Shown in pieces: positions 1-7,975 of a stretch of 25,915 bases of DNA. Within the stretch, counting starts at the first letter, position 1; each line of letters begins with the position of its first letter. The translations under genes and the position numbers were made by a program. The stretch is from Acutalibacteraceae bacterium (GTDB lineage Bacteria > Bacillota > Clostridia > Oscillospirales > Acutalibacteraceae): positions 1-25,915 of the forward strand of contig JAZQTE010000333.1 of NCBI GenBank assembly GCA_045630505.1, written 5' to 3'. The notes under the pieces are model-generated. The model was given only the letters and a program-made list of their open reading frames with translations, was not told where the DNA came from and made no database searches.

Positions 1-164
1 GGTTCAGCAGCCAGAATGTCCAGCTTGGTCTTGAAAGAGCCGGTGATGATCCAGTACAGAGGGAAGGTAAACAGCACCGCAATGATGCAAACCACCACAG
101 TGGAGGCGATAAAGTAAGCTTTTTCGAGCTTCTTGTTTCCATCCAGACGAATCGGATTGTTCAT
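1..164 (-). CDS. Carbohydrate ABC transporter permease (MalG/UgpE-like), 5' part only, runs off the window
   Basis: Not in the ORF track; translated by hand from ATG at 164: MNNPIRLDGNKKLEKAYFIASTVVVCIIAVLFTFPLYWIITGSFKTKLDILAAE. A hydrophobic helix followed by FPLYWxxxxSFK is typical of CUT1 MalG-type permease N-termini. RBS AAGGAGGT overlaps the upstream stop at 177-179. Confidence 0.85.
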   Translation of the reverse strand, partial: MNNPIRLDGNKKLEKAYFIASTVVVCIIAVLFTFPLYWIITGSFKTKLDILAAE

Positions 165-176
165 ATCGGCACCTCC

Positions 177-1616
177 TTATTTCACTTGCGAAGCAATCAT
201 ATAGGATTGCTTGTTATGCTTGCAAACGCTTTCGGCGTCAACGCCCAGCTCGCGGGCAATGATCTCGATCACCTTCGGGCCGCAGAAGCCGCCTTGGCAA
301 CGCCCCATACCTGCACGCACACGGCGCTTGATCGCGTCCATCGAACGGGCAGGGATCACCGAATGAATGGCATCGACGATCTGCCCTTCGGTAACGGTTT
401 CGCAACGGCAGATCACGTTGCCGTACAAGGGATTCTCACGAATAAGCTCGTCTTGCTCGGCACGGGAAAGTTCTCTGAACAGCGGAATGCCGCGGCGTTT
501 GGTGATAAAATTCTCCTTGAACGTGAGCGACAAGCCAATACCCTTGAGCATTTCGGCAACATACGAGCCAATGGAAACCGACGCCGTGAGCCCCGTAGAA
601 CGCACGCCCGACAGATTGACGTAGTTGGCAATATCGTCGTACACGTCGATATTCAAGCCTTCGGGGTTGCGGTTGGCACGCAAGCCGCAATACTGAGTAA
701 TGGTATCACGCAGCAACACACCGGGGATAAGCTTTTCCACGTCAGCCTTAATGGAAGCCAAGCCTTCGGCGGTAACAGATTTGTCTGTTTTATCCGTAAG
801 ATCCTCCGCCGTGGGGCCCACCAGCATATTGCCGTGAATGGTGGGGCACATCAGCTTACCCTTGGTAAGCTTCGTGGGAATGGGCAGCACAATGTGATTC
901 ACCTTGCACGCCGTATTGTTATCCAGAATATAGAACTGGCCCTTGCGGGGGTTCACGTAGTAATCATCCTTGCCCACCATGGCGGCAATCTCGTCGCAAT
1001 ACAGACCTGCGGCATTAACAACGTATTTCGCTTGAATATCGCCACCCGTCGTATGTACCACCGTGATAGCGCCGTCGGCCATCTCCATACCCGTAACCTG
1101 CGTGTTCAAAAGGAAACGGGCACCGTTCATCACAGCGTTTTCCGCCATGGCTACCACCAGCAGGAACGGATCGATAATGCTTTCACGCGGGATATACAAG
1201 CCGCCCAGCACGTCTTTCGAAAGCTCGGGCTCCATTTCCAGCAATTGCTCGCGGGAACGATATTCCACGTCGTGCACCTTGTTTTTAAAGGCTTTTTCCT
1301 TGATCGACGGCAGCTTTTCCAGCTGTTCCTCGTTAATGGCAGGCAAAATAGCGCCAATGCGAGAAAACGGAATGTCTAAATCCTTGCACAACGTATCGTA
1401 CATCGGGTTAGCCGCCACCACAAGCTGGGATTCCAGCGTACCCGGGGCTGCATCATAGCCCGTGTGAATGATCGCGCTGTTGCTCTTGGAGCAATCGCCG
1501 CCCACGTCTTCGTTCTTGTCTACGCAGATAACGTCCACGTTATACTTGGACAGTTCGCGAGTGATGGCCGTACCTACAGCACCGGCACCGATCACCAAAA
1601 CATCTGTTTGTAACAT
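177..1616 (-). CDS. FAD-dependent oxidoreductase, GlpA/LhgO-like, with C-terminal BFD-like [2Fe-2S] domain
   Basis: N-terminal VIGAGAVG dinucleotide-binding motif, SKSNSAIIHTG, and C-terminal CRCE...RAGMGRCQGGFC cysteine pattern. RBS AGGAGG upstream. Substrate is not determinable from sequence. Confidence 0.85.
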   Translation of the reverse strand: MLQTDVLVIGAGAVGTAITRELSKYNVDVICVDKNEDVGGDCSKSNSAIIHTGYDAAPGTLESQLVVAANPMYDTLCKDLDIPFSRIGAILPAINEEQLEKLPSIKEKAFKNKVHDVEYRSREQLLEMEPELSKDVLGGLYIPRESIIDPFLLVVAMAENAVMNGARFLLNTQVTGMEMADGAITVVHTTGGDIQAKYVVNAAGLYCDEIAAMVGKDDYYVNPRKGQFYILDNNTACKVNHIVLPIPTKLTKGKLMCPTIHGNMLVGPTAEDLTDKTDKSVTAEGLASIKADVEKLIPGVLLRDTITQYCGLRANRNPEGLNIDVYDDIANYVNLSGVRSTGLTASVSIGSYVAEMLKGIGLSLTFKENFITKRRGIPLFRELSRAEQDELIRENPLYGNVICRCETVTEGQIVDAIHSVIPARSMDAIKRRVRAGMGRCQGGFCGPKVIEIIARELGVDAESVCKHNKQSYMIASQVK

Positions 1617-1647
1617 AGATACCCTCCTATCGGTTTTTTACCCCGTC

Positions 1648-1676
1648 ATTATACCACACAATTCAAAATTTTTCAA
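1648..1676 (-). promoter_or_regulatory. Sigma-A type promoter for the oxidoreductase/ABC operon
   Basis: Minus strand TTGAAA (1676-1671), 17-bp spacer, TATAAT (1653-1648) preceded by TG-N (extended -10). Confidence 0.7.
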
Positions 1677-1707
1677 CACATCCACAAAATAAAGATTGAA
1701 AAATTTT
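1665..1707. repeat. Perfect 12-bp inverted repeat covering both divergent -35 boxes (candidate operator)
   Basis: AAAATTTTTCAA (1665-1676) and TTGAAAAATTTT (1696-1707) are exact reverse complements with a 19-bp spacer. Confidence 0.6.
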
Positions 1708-1724
1708 TGGAAATCCGCTATACT
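1696..1724 (+). promoter_or_regulatory. Sigma-A type promoter for the DeoR regulator
   Basis: TTGAAA (1696-1701), 17-bp spacer, TATACT (1719-1724), upstream of RBS AAGAGGG and ATG 1747. Confidence 0.65.
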
Positions 1725-1746
1725 AATAAGGAAAAGAGGGATACCT

Positions 1747-2505
1747 ATGCTCACAAGTGCACGACAACAGTTAATCGAAGAATTGATCGAGAAAAACGGC
1801 GAAGTTATCATCAGCGTTTTGGCAAAAGAGCTGGGCGTTTCGGTGGAAACGGTGCGCCGCGATATCAATGCGCTGAGCGAAGCGGGGCGCCTTGTGAAGG
1901 TGCACGGCGGCGCCGTGAGCGCCAACCGTCCCGTGGCCGAATCGCGCTACGAAAAACGGCGATTAGAGGGCAGCCAAGAGAAGGAACAGCTGGGAGCCGC
2001 AGCGGTAGCACGCATTGACGAGCAAGACGTGATTGCCATTTCGGCAGGCTCCACGTTGGAAAGCGTTGCCCGACATATCGTAAATAAACCGAATGTGACC
2101 GTGGTCACCAATTCCACGGGGGTAGCATCATCGGTGCAAACGTCGTGTCGTTGCGTGCTGCTCGGTGGGCAGCTCCATCCCGAAGAAGGCTACACGTTCG
2201 GCCCTGTCACCGCCGATCAACTGGCAAACTTCCATACCGATAAAGCCTTCGTGAGTGCCACGGCCGTCACTGCCGAGGGGCTTATGACCACCAGCATCGA
2301 AGAAGGCGATCTGCAACGAAAAATGATGGAAAACGCTGCACGCGTAATCTTGGTGGTGCAAAGCACAAAGCTCGGCGCCCGTTCGGTGTATCGTTACGCT
2401 GATTTAGAACTCGTTGACGAGATCATCACCGACCGTCAAAAAGCCCTCCCCCCCGATTTGGAAAAAGCCATCGAGAAACTGGGCATCACCCTTCATCGCG
2501 TATAA
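1747..2505 (+). CDS. DeoR/GlpR family transcriptional regulator
   Basis: HTH LAKELGVSVETVRRDINAL..G.LVKVHGGA, sensor domain with SAGST, VVTNS and DKAFVSA. Start moved from the track's TTG 1696 (which is the -35 box) to ATG 1747, which has an RBS. Confidence 0.93.
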   Translation: MLTSARQQLIEELIEKNGEVIISVLAKELGVSVETVRRDINALSEAGRLVKVHGGAVSANRPVAESRYEKRRLEGSQEKEQLGAAAVARIDEQDVIAISAGSTLESVARHIVNKPNVTVVTNSTGVASSVQTSCRCVLLGGQLHPEEGYTFGPVTADQLANFHTDKAFVSATAVTAEGLMTTSIEEGDLQRKMMENAARVILVVQSTKLGARSVYRYADLELVDEIITDRQKALPPDLEKAIEKLGITLHRV

Positions 2506-2543
2506 AAAGAAGCCTTGGCAACCGCCAAGGCTTTTCTTTTTAT
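2502..2543. terminator. Bidirectional intrinsic terminator between deoR and fucU
   Basis: Stem AAGCCTTGGC (2510-2519), loop AACC, GCCAAGGCTT (2524-2533), with an A-rich run on the left and a T-rich run on the right, between convergent stop codons. Confidence 0.88.
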
Positions 2544-2992
2544 AAATATCCTTTTGCCAGCAGTAGGTTTCCATACTGCTGTTCTTCACCGGTTTGAATG
2601 ATCGCATAGGCACGCTTGGCAGCATCATAAAACTCCTGCCGTCCAAACTTCCCCAACGTGATACCCACGTATTCTTCGGCAATAGTCTTTTCAAAATCGC
2701 CCCATACCGACGGTATAGGCGTACCGCGTTTTTTGTCGCTTTCGGTCAAATCCATCACGATTACGGGTTCCTCCGTGTATTCCACATCCAACGGGAACAG
2801 CGGCAAAATGGCCTCCAACAACGCATTGGTACTCACACCGGGACAATGGATCACGTGGCCTACCACCGTATCCTTGGCATACGCTTCGGCAGGAAAGTTA
2901 CCGTCTGCCAACACCAGCACATCGCTATGCCCCATATCGCACAAGACCTTCAGTACATCCCCCGTAAGAAGTTTACTAATGTTATTCAGCAT
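2540..2992 (-). CDS. fucU: L-fucose mutarotase (RbsD/FucU family, FucU-like)
   Basis: LKVLCDMGHSDVLVLADGNFP, LLEAILPLFPLD and FYDAAKRAYAIIQTGE..YGNLLLAKG match FucU as recalled; no RbsD-type GLPIP motif. Start ATG 2992 lies 7 nt after GGAGG (alternative 2998). Confidence 0.85.
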   Translation of the reverse strand: MLNNISKLLTGDVLKVLCDMGHSDVLVLADGNFPAEAYAKDTVVGHVIHCPGVSTNALLEAILPLFPLDVEYTEEPVIVMDLTESDKKRGTPIPSVWGDFEKTIAEEYVGITLGKFGRQEFYDAAKRAYAIIQTGEEQQYGNLLLAKGYL

Positions 2993-3007
2993 AACCATTC
3001 CTCCTTT

Positions 3008-4081
3008 TTAGGATAAATAGAACGACCGATACCACTCGGCAAAGCGGCGCAAACCCGTTCGCAAATCCGTAGACGGTTTGAATCCGAAATCTTCTTCCAA
3101 CGCACTTACATCCGCATACGTAACAGGAACATCACCTGCTTGCATCGGCACAAGCTTTTTATGCGCTTCAAAATCGTAATCCGAAGGTAACACGCCGGCT
3201 CGAATAAGTTCTTGCTGCAAAATATCCACAAAGTCCAAAAGATTTTCGGGAGAATTGTTCCCAATGTTATATATCTTATACGGCGGAATCGGCAATCCGT
3301 CTTCGCCTTTTTTCTTTTCGGGTGCACACGACATAACGCGTTTTACACCTTCTACGATATCATCAACGTAGGTAAAATCGCGCTTACAGTTACCGTAGTT
3401 GAAAATTTCAATCGTTTCACCGTTGCGCAACTTGTCAGTAAACCCAAAATACGCCATATCCGGGCGTCCTGCCGGCCCGTACACGGTAAAGAATCGAAGG
3501 CCCGTACAAGGAATATTGTACAGTTTTGCATAGGCGTGAGCCATCAGTTCGTTAGATTTCTTGGTTGCCGCATACAACGAAACGGGATTGTCCACCTTGT
3601 CTCCGGTAGAGTACGGCACCTTTTTATTCGTACCGTATACGCTGGAACTGGATGCATACACCAAGTGCTCTACGGGATAAACACGGCAGGTTTCCAGCAA
3701 ATTATAAAAACCAAGAATATTGCTGTGAATATAAGCGTCAGGATTGGTGATGGAATAGCGAACACCGGCTTGCGCTGCCAAATTCACAACAACCGAAAAT
3801 TCATAGTTGTCAAACAGCTCTGCCAACAACGCTTCGTCTGCCAAATCGCCTTTTACGAAACGCCATTCGATACTCGGCTTTTTTGCAACAAGTTTCTCGA
3901 TTTCGGACAAACGATACTCTTTCAAGGAAACATCGTAGTAATCGTTCATATTATCAAGGCCAACAATCGTCACCTTATCCAGCGTCCTTGCCAATTCCAT
4001 CACCAGATTGGCACCGACAAAGCCCGCTGCTCCCGTGACAAGTATCGGTTTCCCGTTCAATTGGATATTTTCTTGTAACAT
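3008..4081 (-). CDS. NAD-dependent epimerase, UDP-glucuronate 4-epimerase type (extended SDR)
   Basis: VTGAAGFVG, VNLAAQAGVRYS, YASSSSVYG, SLYAATKKSNEL (YxxxK), GLRFFTVYGPAGRPDMAYF, RDFTYVDDIVEG, MQAGDVPVTYAD. Confidence 0.88.
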   Translation of the reverse strand: MLQENIQLNGKPILVTGAAGFVGANLVMELARTLDKVTIVGLDNMNDYYDVSLKEYRLSEIEKLVAKKPSIEWRFVKGDLADEALLAELFDNYEFSVVVNLAAQAGVRYSITNPDAYIHSNILGFYNLLETCRVYPVEHLVYASSSSVYGTNKKVPYSTGDKVDNPVSLYAATKKSNELMAHAYAKLYNIPCTGLRFFTVYGPAGRPDMAYFGFTDKLRNGETIEIFNYGNCKRDFTYVDDIVEGVKRVMSCAPEKKKGEDGLPIPPYKIYNIGNNSPENLLDFVDILQQELIRAGVLPSDYDFEAHKKLVPMQAGDVPVTYADVSALEEDFGFKPSTDLRTGLRRFAEWYRSFYLS

Positions 4082-4085
4082 AATA

Positions 4086-7040
4086 TCACCACACCAATTT
4101 GCAATCCCACACGTCTACGGGATTATCTTGGAACACCTTTTTCAGGCGCTTATGTACGTCGTCCTTGCAAACACCTTTTTTCAAAATCGCTTGCAAGAAG
4201 CCGCCGCCGCCTGCACCACAGATCATTTTACCGTCGATCAAATCGTCAATGCTGCTGAAGATCTGATCGATCAACGTGTTGGTGCTGCCGCTGTCTACCA
4301 TATTCGACAGTTCCCAATGGCGGTTCATCAGCCGCGCAAACTCATCCACGTTGCCGCGTTCCAGTTCAAACCGCATCAGCACCGCCATTTTTTGCACCTC
4401 GTTGAGCGCATACAACGAATCGGGCTCGTTGCCCACGTAGCGTCCCACCACGTCACGCAGCAAGTTGCGTGCCAAGCGACGCTGCCCCGTATAGATAAGC
4501 ACGAAGCGTTCGTCCAACTCCTGCTTGGTTTCTTCCGAAAGCTCCACGTGCTGCACCTTCATTTGCTGATACAGCGCAGGGCGGCTGGTGATATATTTCA
4601 CACCGTCGGTCACGCCGCCCACTTGGTCTTGCCAACCGCCGCCCGTGGACATAATTTGCTCCATACACAGCACGTGGCCGTAAAGATCGTCTTCCGTGTG
4701 CGGAATTCCCATAAATTCGAATACCGCTTTCACACACGCCGCAGACAAAATCGAGCTGGTCCCAAGACCGCTGCCCTTAGGCACGTTGGTAACTTCGCTG
4801 TTCATCACAAAGCCGCCGCCCAAACGGGTAAGGATCTCTTTCAAATTCCCGCCCTCTTTAGGCAAGATGCCGCACGCCAGCAAACACGCTTTTTGCAGGG
4901 CGAACGGATCGTACGGGTCGCCCGTACGTTGCAAAGGCTCAATGGTATCAAACTCGCCGTGCACGTCCATATCGCGGCTGTCGAACACGATTTTGAGTTC
5001 GTCAATGCGTTCCATCGTCACCGCAACGGGCTTATCGCCACCCAGCAAGATGGCTGCATTCAGCACGGTACCGCCGTTTTCAATGCAGTACGGCGGCGTA
5101 TCCGACCAACCGCCGCCCCAGTTTACGCGAAGCGGCAATTTCACGGTATGCTTGTCCGTCACGATACGGCAGGTATCGTTGTATTGCAGATTGTCCAGTG
5201 TTGATTTCAAAATGGCACTTTGAATGGTCTTAAAGCATTCTGCCACGTATTTGTCGCCCTCGGTGCCGCCAAGTGCCATACCAATATAGTAATTGAGGCG
5301 CATTGCTTCGCCAAACTCAACGTTTTGCAAGCGCTTCTCCAGCCATTGCTTTTGAATGGATGTGAGTCGGTCGGCATGCAGCATTCCCTTGGCTTCACGC
5401 GCGGGCTTGCCGGCGCGAATGTGTTTAACAACACCGTCCATACGCACCAGCTCTTGCATTCTTTTGTTCCACGCAATAATGGCGTCGGCATCGGCATCGT
5501 TAAAGCCGGCACACAGCGATTTACGTGCAGCGGCTTTCCACGCTGCCAAGTCCCCTGCACCGTGCGCTAATGCATACACGTTCAGTGCGGCAGCCACTGC
5601 TTCCTGCACCGTATCACACACGGGATACAAATTCGCCGTCCACAGCGTGTGATTATCGTTATCCCACAGCTCTTCGACACCGATAAATTCCGTAAGCGGC
5701 TTGCCGAACAAATTACCCTCTTTGGGATTATCGTTCGTTCCGTAAATGCGCGCCACGAACTTGCCGTCTTTCTGTTTCAGCCCGTGCAGCACCACGTTGG
5801 ACGGAATGGTTTCGTTGTGAATATCAATGTACGACAGCACCACGTTATCCCCCACGGTGGCACCGTGGTGCACGTAGGAAACCTCCAAATAAACGTTTTC
5901 ACCCACGGCAGCACGGTCGGAAAGCACACTGTTATACCCTGCCGTGGCTTTACTGATGCTGCTGTTAATATGGTTCTTCCAGCCCAAATCACTGTACGCT
6001 TCCACACCGCCGTTCATCAGCGCCAAGATCTCGCGCGTGGTACCGAAATGAATGAATTTGGCAGGCGCTAAACGCAACAGTTTCATACGGTACGGGCGAA
6101 GCACACGCCACACGTCGGTGCGAGCGGCCTTTAATTCATCGCAGTAATCGCCCTCGGGCTTCTCGTTATAAAATTGCTCCAAGGTAGAATCCGTTGCCAG
6201 CGGATACAGAAAATCTCCGTACAGCGACAAACGCACCGTTTCGTTCACCAAGGCGTCGTATCGCTCATTGGTATCGATCAAGCTATACAGCGAGCGCAGC
6301 ATATCGGCCGAGAAGATCACGGCACCCGTATCGATATCCACACAGCCCTGCGCATTGACAGCACCGCGTTCGGTAAGCGATTCCACCGTTTGCTTGTGCA
6401 AAAATTCACGCACGTTACCGTCTTCCCCACCATTGAATACCCCGTGGTTTTTGCCGGTTTGTACGTCTTCCTTGAAAGAAATGGCCGCCGCACCAACGCC
6501 GCTGTAGTCGATCTGCAGCGGATTGAACAGGAGCAGCACGTCGCCCGACAGCAACAGCATTCCTTCGCGAATGCGGGCAGGCACGGAGCTCATACCGATC
6601 AGCAGTTCGTCAAACAGCGTGGATGCTCGCCCGTTCGGCAGCTCGTGCGGCACGGGAGAAAACAGCTTGCCGAGCGCACTGTACTGCGGCACACGCTTGC
6701 TGTCGCCGCCCGAATGGATCACCAAAATACGCAGCCCTCCGAAATCGGCACTGCCTATCTCGCTCGCCAAATAGCGCAACACGCCTAGCGTCGCACCGCC
6801 GCTACCCACGCGTTTGCCGTCACGATCGGGAACAACCGCAAATTTCGTGTGCAAAGGCAAAAATCCCGCCGCACGGCGTTCTTCGATCTGCGCGCGAAAG
6901 CCTGCCGCTTGCTGCTCGTTAGAAGCCGTAAGCACCACGTAATCCCAACACGCAAACGCTTCCTTCGTGAGCGAACGACAATAATCGTCCCACGTGTCCA
7001 TATACGATTGTGATAAAAACAACGACGTTAAGTTGGTCAT
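4086..7040 (-). CDS. fkp: Bifunctional L-fucokinase / L-fucose-1-phosphate guanylyltransferase (Fkp/FKGP)
   Basis: N-terminal pyrophosphorylase motifs RVGSGGATL, HSGGDSKRVP, SGDVLL, HFGTT, then a short beta-helix-like repeat region. C-terminal GHMP kinase motifs LPLRVNWGGGWSDTPP, PKGSGLGTSS, GGGWQDQVGG, CGAGGGGF. Start ATG 7040 chosen from spacing to AAGGTG (track uses GTG 7049). Confidence 0.9.
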   Translation of the reverse strand: MTNLTSLFLSQSYMDTWDDYCRSLTKEAFACWDYVVLTASNEQQAAGFRAQIEERRAAGFLPLHTKFAVVPDRDGKRVGSGGATLGVLRYLASEIGSADFGGLRILVIHSGGDSKRVPQYSALGKLFSPVPHELPNGRASTLFDELLIGMSSVPARIREGMLLLSGDVLLLFNPLQIDYSGVGAAAISFKEDVQTGKNHGVFNGGEDGNVREFLHKQTVESLTERGAVNAQGCVDIDTGAVIFSADMLRSLYSLIDTNERYDALVNETVRLSLYGDFLYPLATDSTLEQFYNEKPEGDYCDELKAARTDVWRVLRPYRMKLLRLAPAKFIHFGTTREILALMNGGVEAYSDLGWKNHINSSISKATAGYNSVLSDRAAVGENVYLEVSYVHHGATVGDNVVLSYIDIHNETIPSNVVLHGLKQKDGKFVARIYGTNDNPKEGNLFGKPLTEFIGVEELWDNDNHTLWTANLYPVCDTVQEAVAAALNVYALAHGAGDLAAWKAAARKSLCAGFNDADADAIIAWNKRMQELVRMDGVVKHIRAGKPAREAKGMLHADRLTSIQKQWLEKRLQNVEFGEAMRLNYYIGMALGGTEGDKYVAECFKTIQSAILKSTLDNLQYNDTCRIVTDKHTVKLPLRVNWGGGWSDTPPYCIENGGTVLNAAILLGGDKPVAVTMERIDELKIVFDSRDMDVHGEFDTIEPLQRTGDPYDPFALQKACLLACGILPKEGGNLKEILTRLGGGFVMNSEVTNVPKGSGLGTSSILSAACVKAVFEFMGIPHTEDDLYGHVLCMEQIMSTGGGWQDQVGGVTDGVKYITSRPALYQQMKVQHVELSEETKQELDERFVLIYTGQRRLARNLLRDVVGRYVGNEPDSLYALNEVQKMAVLMRFELERGNVDEFARLMNRHWELSNMVDSGSTNTLIDQIFSSIDDLIDGKMICGAGGGGFLQAILKKGVCKDDVHKRLKKVFQDNPVDVWDCKLVW

Positions 7041-7053
7041 ACCATACACCTTT

Positions 7054-7962
7054 TTATTTCAATATTTCTACTTGAGATATATCTAACATTTCCGACAAAA
7101 CACGGTCGGATTCCGGCAAGCGATTTCCGTCCATTCCACCGGCAGGAGTGAATGTCATCTCGCCAAAGTATACCTTATCATCCACCGCATAAAAATCCAT
7201 TCGCACAAACGGAAACGGCTTGGCCAAAATTTCTGCATATCTGAACAAGTCATCTACACACGCCGGCTTTTCGATGTAAAAATCTTCCGGCGCCGCCAAA
7301 CCGTCACGAGTAAGACGGTGTAAGTTCCACTCCTTATCATAAAAATAAAATTTCGGATGCCCACCGTTTTCTCTTCCAACACACAACAACAGAAATGCGG
7401 CTTTCCCGTTTATACAGTACAATTTATAATCGGTTGGTAAAAAGCCTTTTCCATCATTGAGGTATTTTTCGCAAATGATTTTCTTTGGCGCATATTTGTA
7501 TTGCATCTCTGAATGCGGCAACCAAAATTTGACTTTTCCCCATTTTTTAAGTTGCTTGATCGTTTCTTCCTTATTCAACTTGCTTTTGTCATCGCAAATG
7601 ATATTCATCCCTGCGCCAAAATTCCATTTGAGAGCAAATTGTTCAGGCAGTTCCTCCCACGGAATATCTTCTGCGCGATCCCACACACCAATGAGCTCGT
7701 TGAGAATTTCTTCACAACCGCAAGCTTTAACATACTCTCGAACTGCATACTTATCGGCGCATTGGATCACCAACGGATTATGGATATAGTTATTAAGTTT
7801 TAGCCACAAGTTTTTCTCATTAAACGTAACCGGATTTTTAAGATCCAACGGTTTTCCAAAAGCATATTTATACCGCATCTTGGTATTTAACGTGGGAGAT
7901 ATCATCGTTGCGATATGAAAACGCTTGTTCCAAATCTTACTCAAAGTTGTTCGTAAGCTCAC
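7054..7962 (-). CDS. TupA-like ATP-grasp protein
   Basis: PVTFNEKNLWLKL, ADKYAVREYV, LPEQFALKWN, IICEKYL, DYKLYCINGK, FPFVRMDFY, YFGEMTFTPAGG are characteristic of the ATPgrasp_TupA family. GTG start with AAGGGG RBS. Confidence 0.88.
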   Translation of the reverse strand: MSLRTTLSKIWNKRFHIATMISPTLNTKMRYKYAFGKPLDLKNPVTFNEKNLWLKLNNYIHNPLVIQCADKYAVREYVKACGCEEILNELIGVWDRAEDIPWEELPEQFALKWNFGAGMNIICDDKSKLNKEETIKQLKKWGKVKFWLPHSEMQYKYAPKKIICEKYLNDGKGFLPTDYKLYCINGKAAFLLLCVGRENGGHPKFYFYDKEWNLHRLTRDGLAAPEDFYIEKPACVDDLFRYAEILAKPFPFVRMDFYAVDDKVYFGEMTFTPAGGMDGNRLPESDRVLSEMLDISQVEILK

Positions 7963-7975
7963 CGTTTTACACCCC

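Noticed and set aside
186-1379. 397-aa plus-strand ORF
   Set aside because: Antisense shadow of the GlpA-like gene; no recognisable motifs or RBS.
2540-2992. Ribose pyranase RbsD or a fucose catabolic operon
   Set aside because: Motifs fit FucU better, and no rbsK or fucI/fucK/fucA genes are present in the window.
3212-5204. 288-aa and 398-aa plus-strand ORFs
   Set aside because: Antisense shadows of the epimerase and fkp, with no family motifs.
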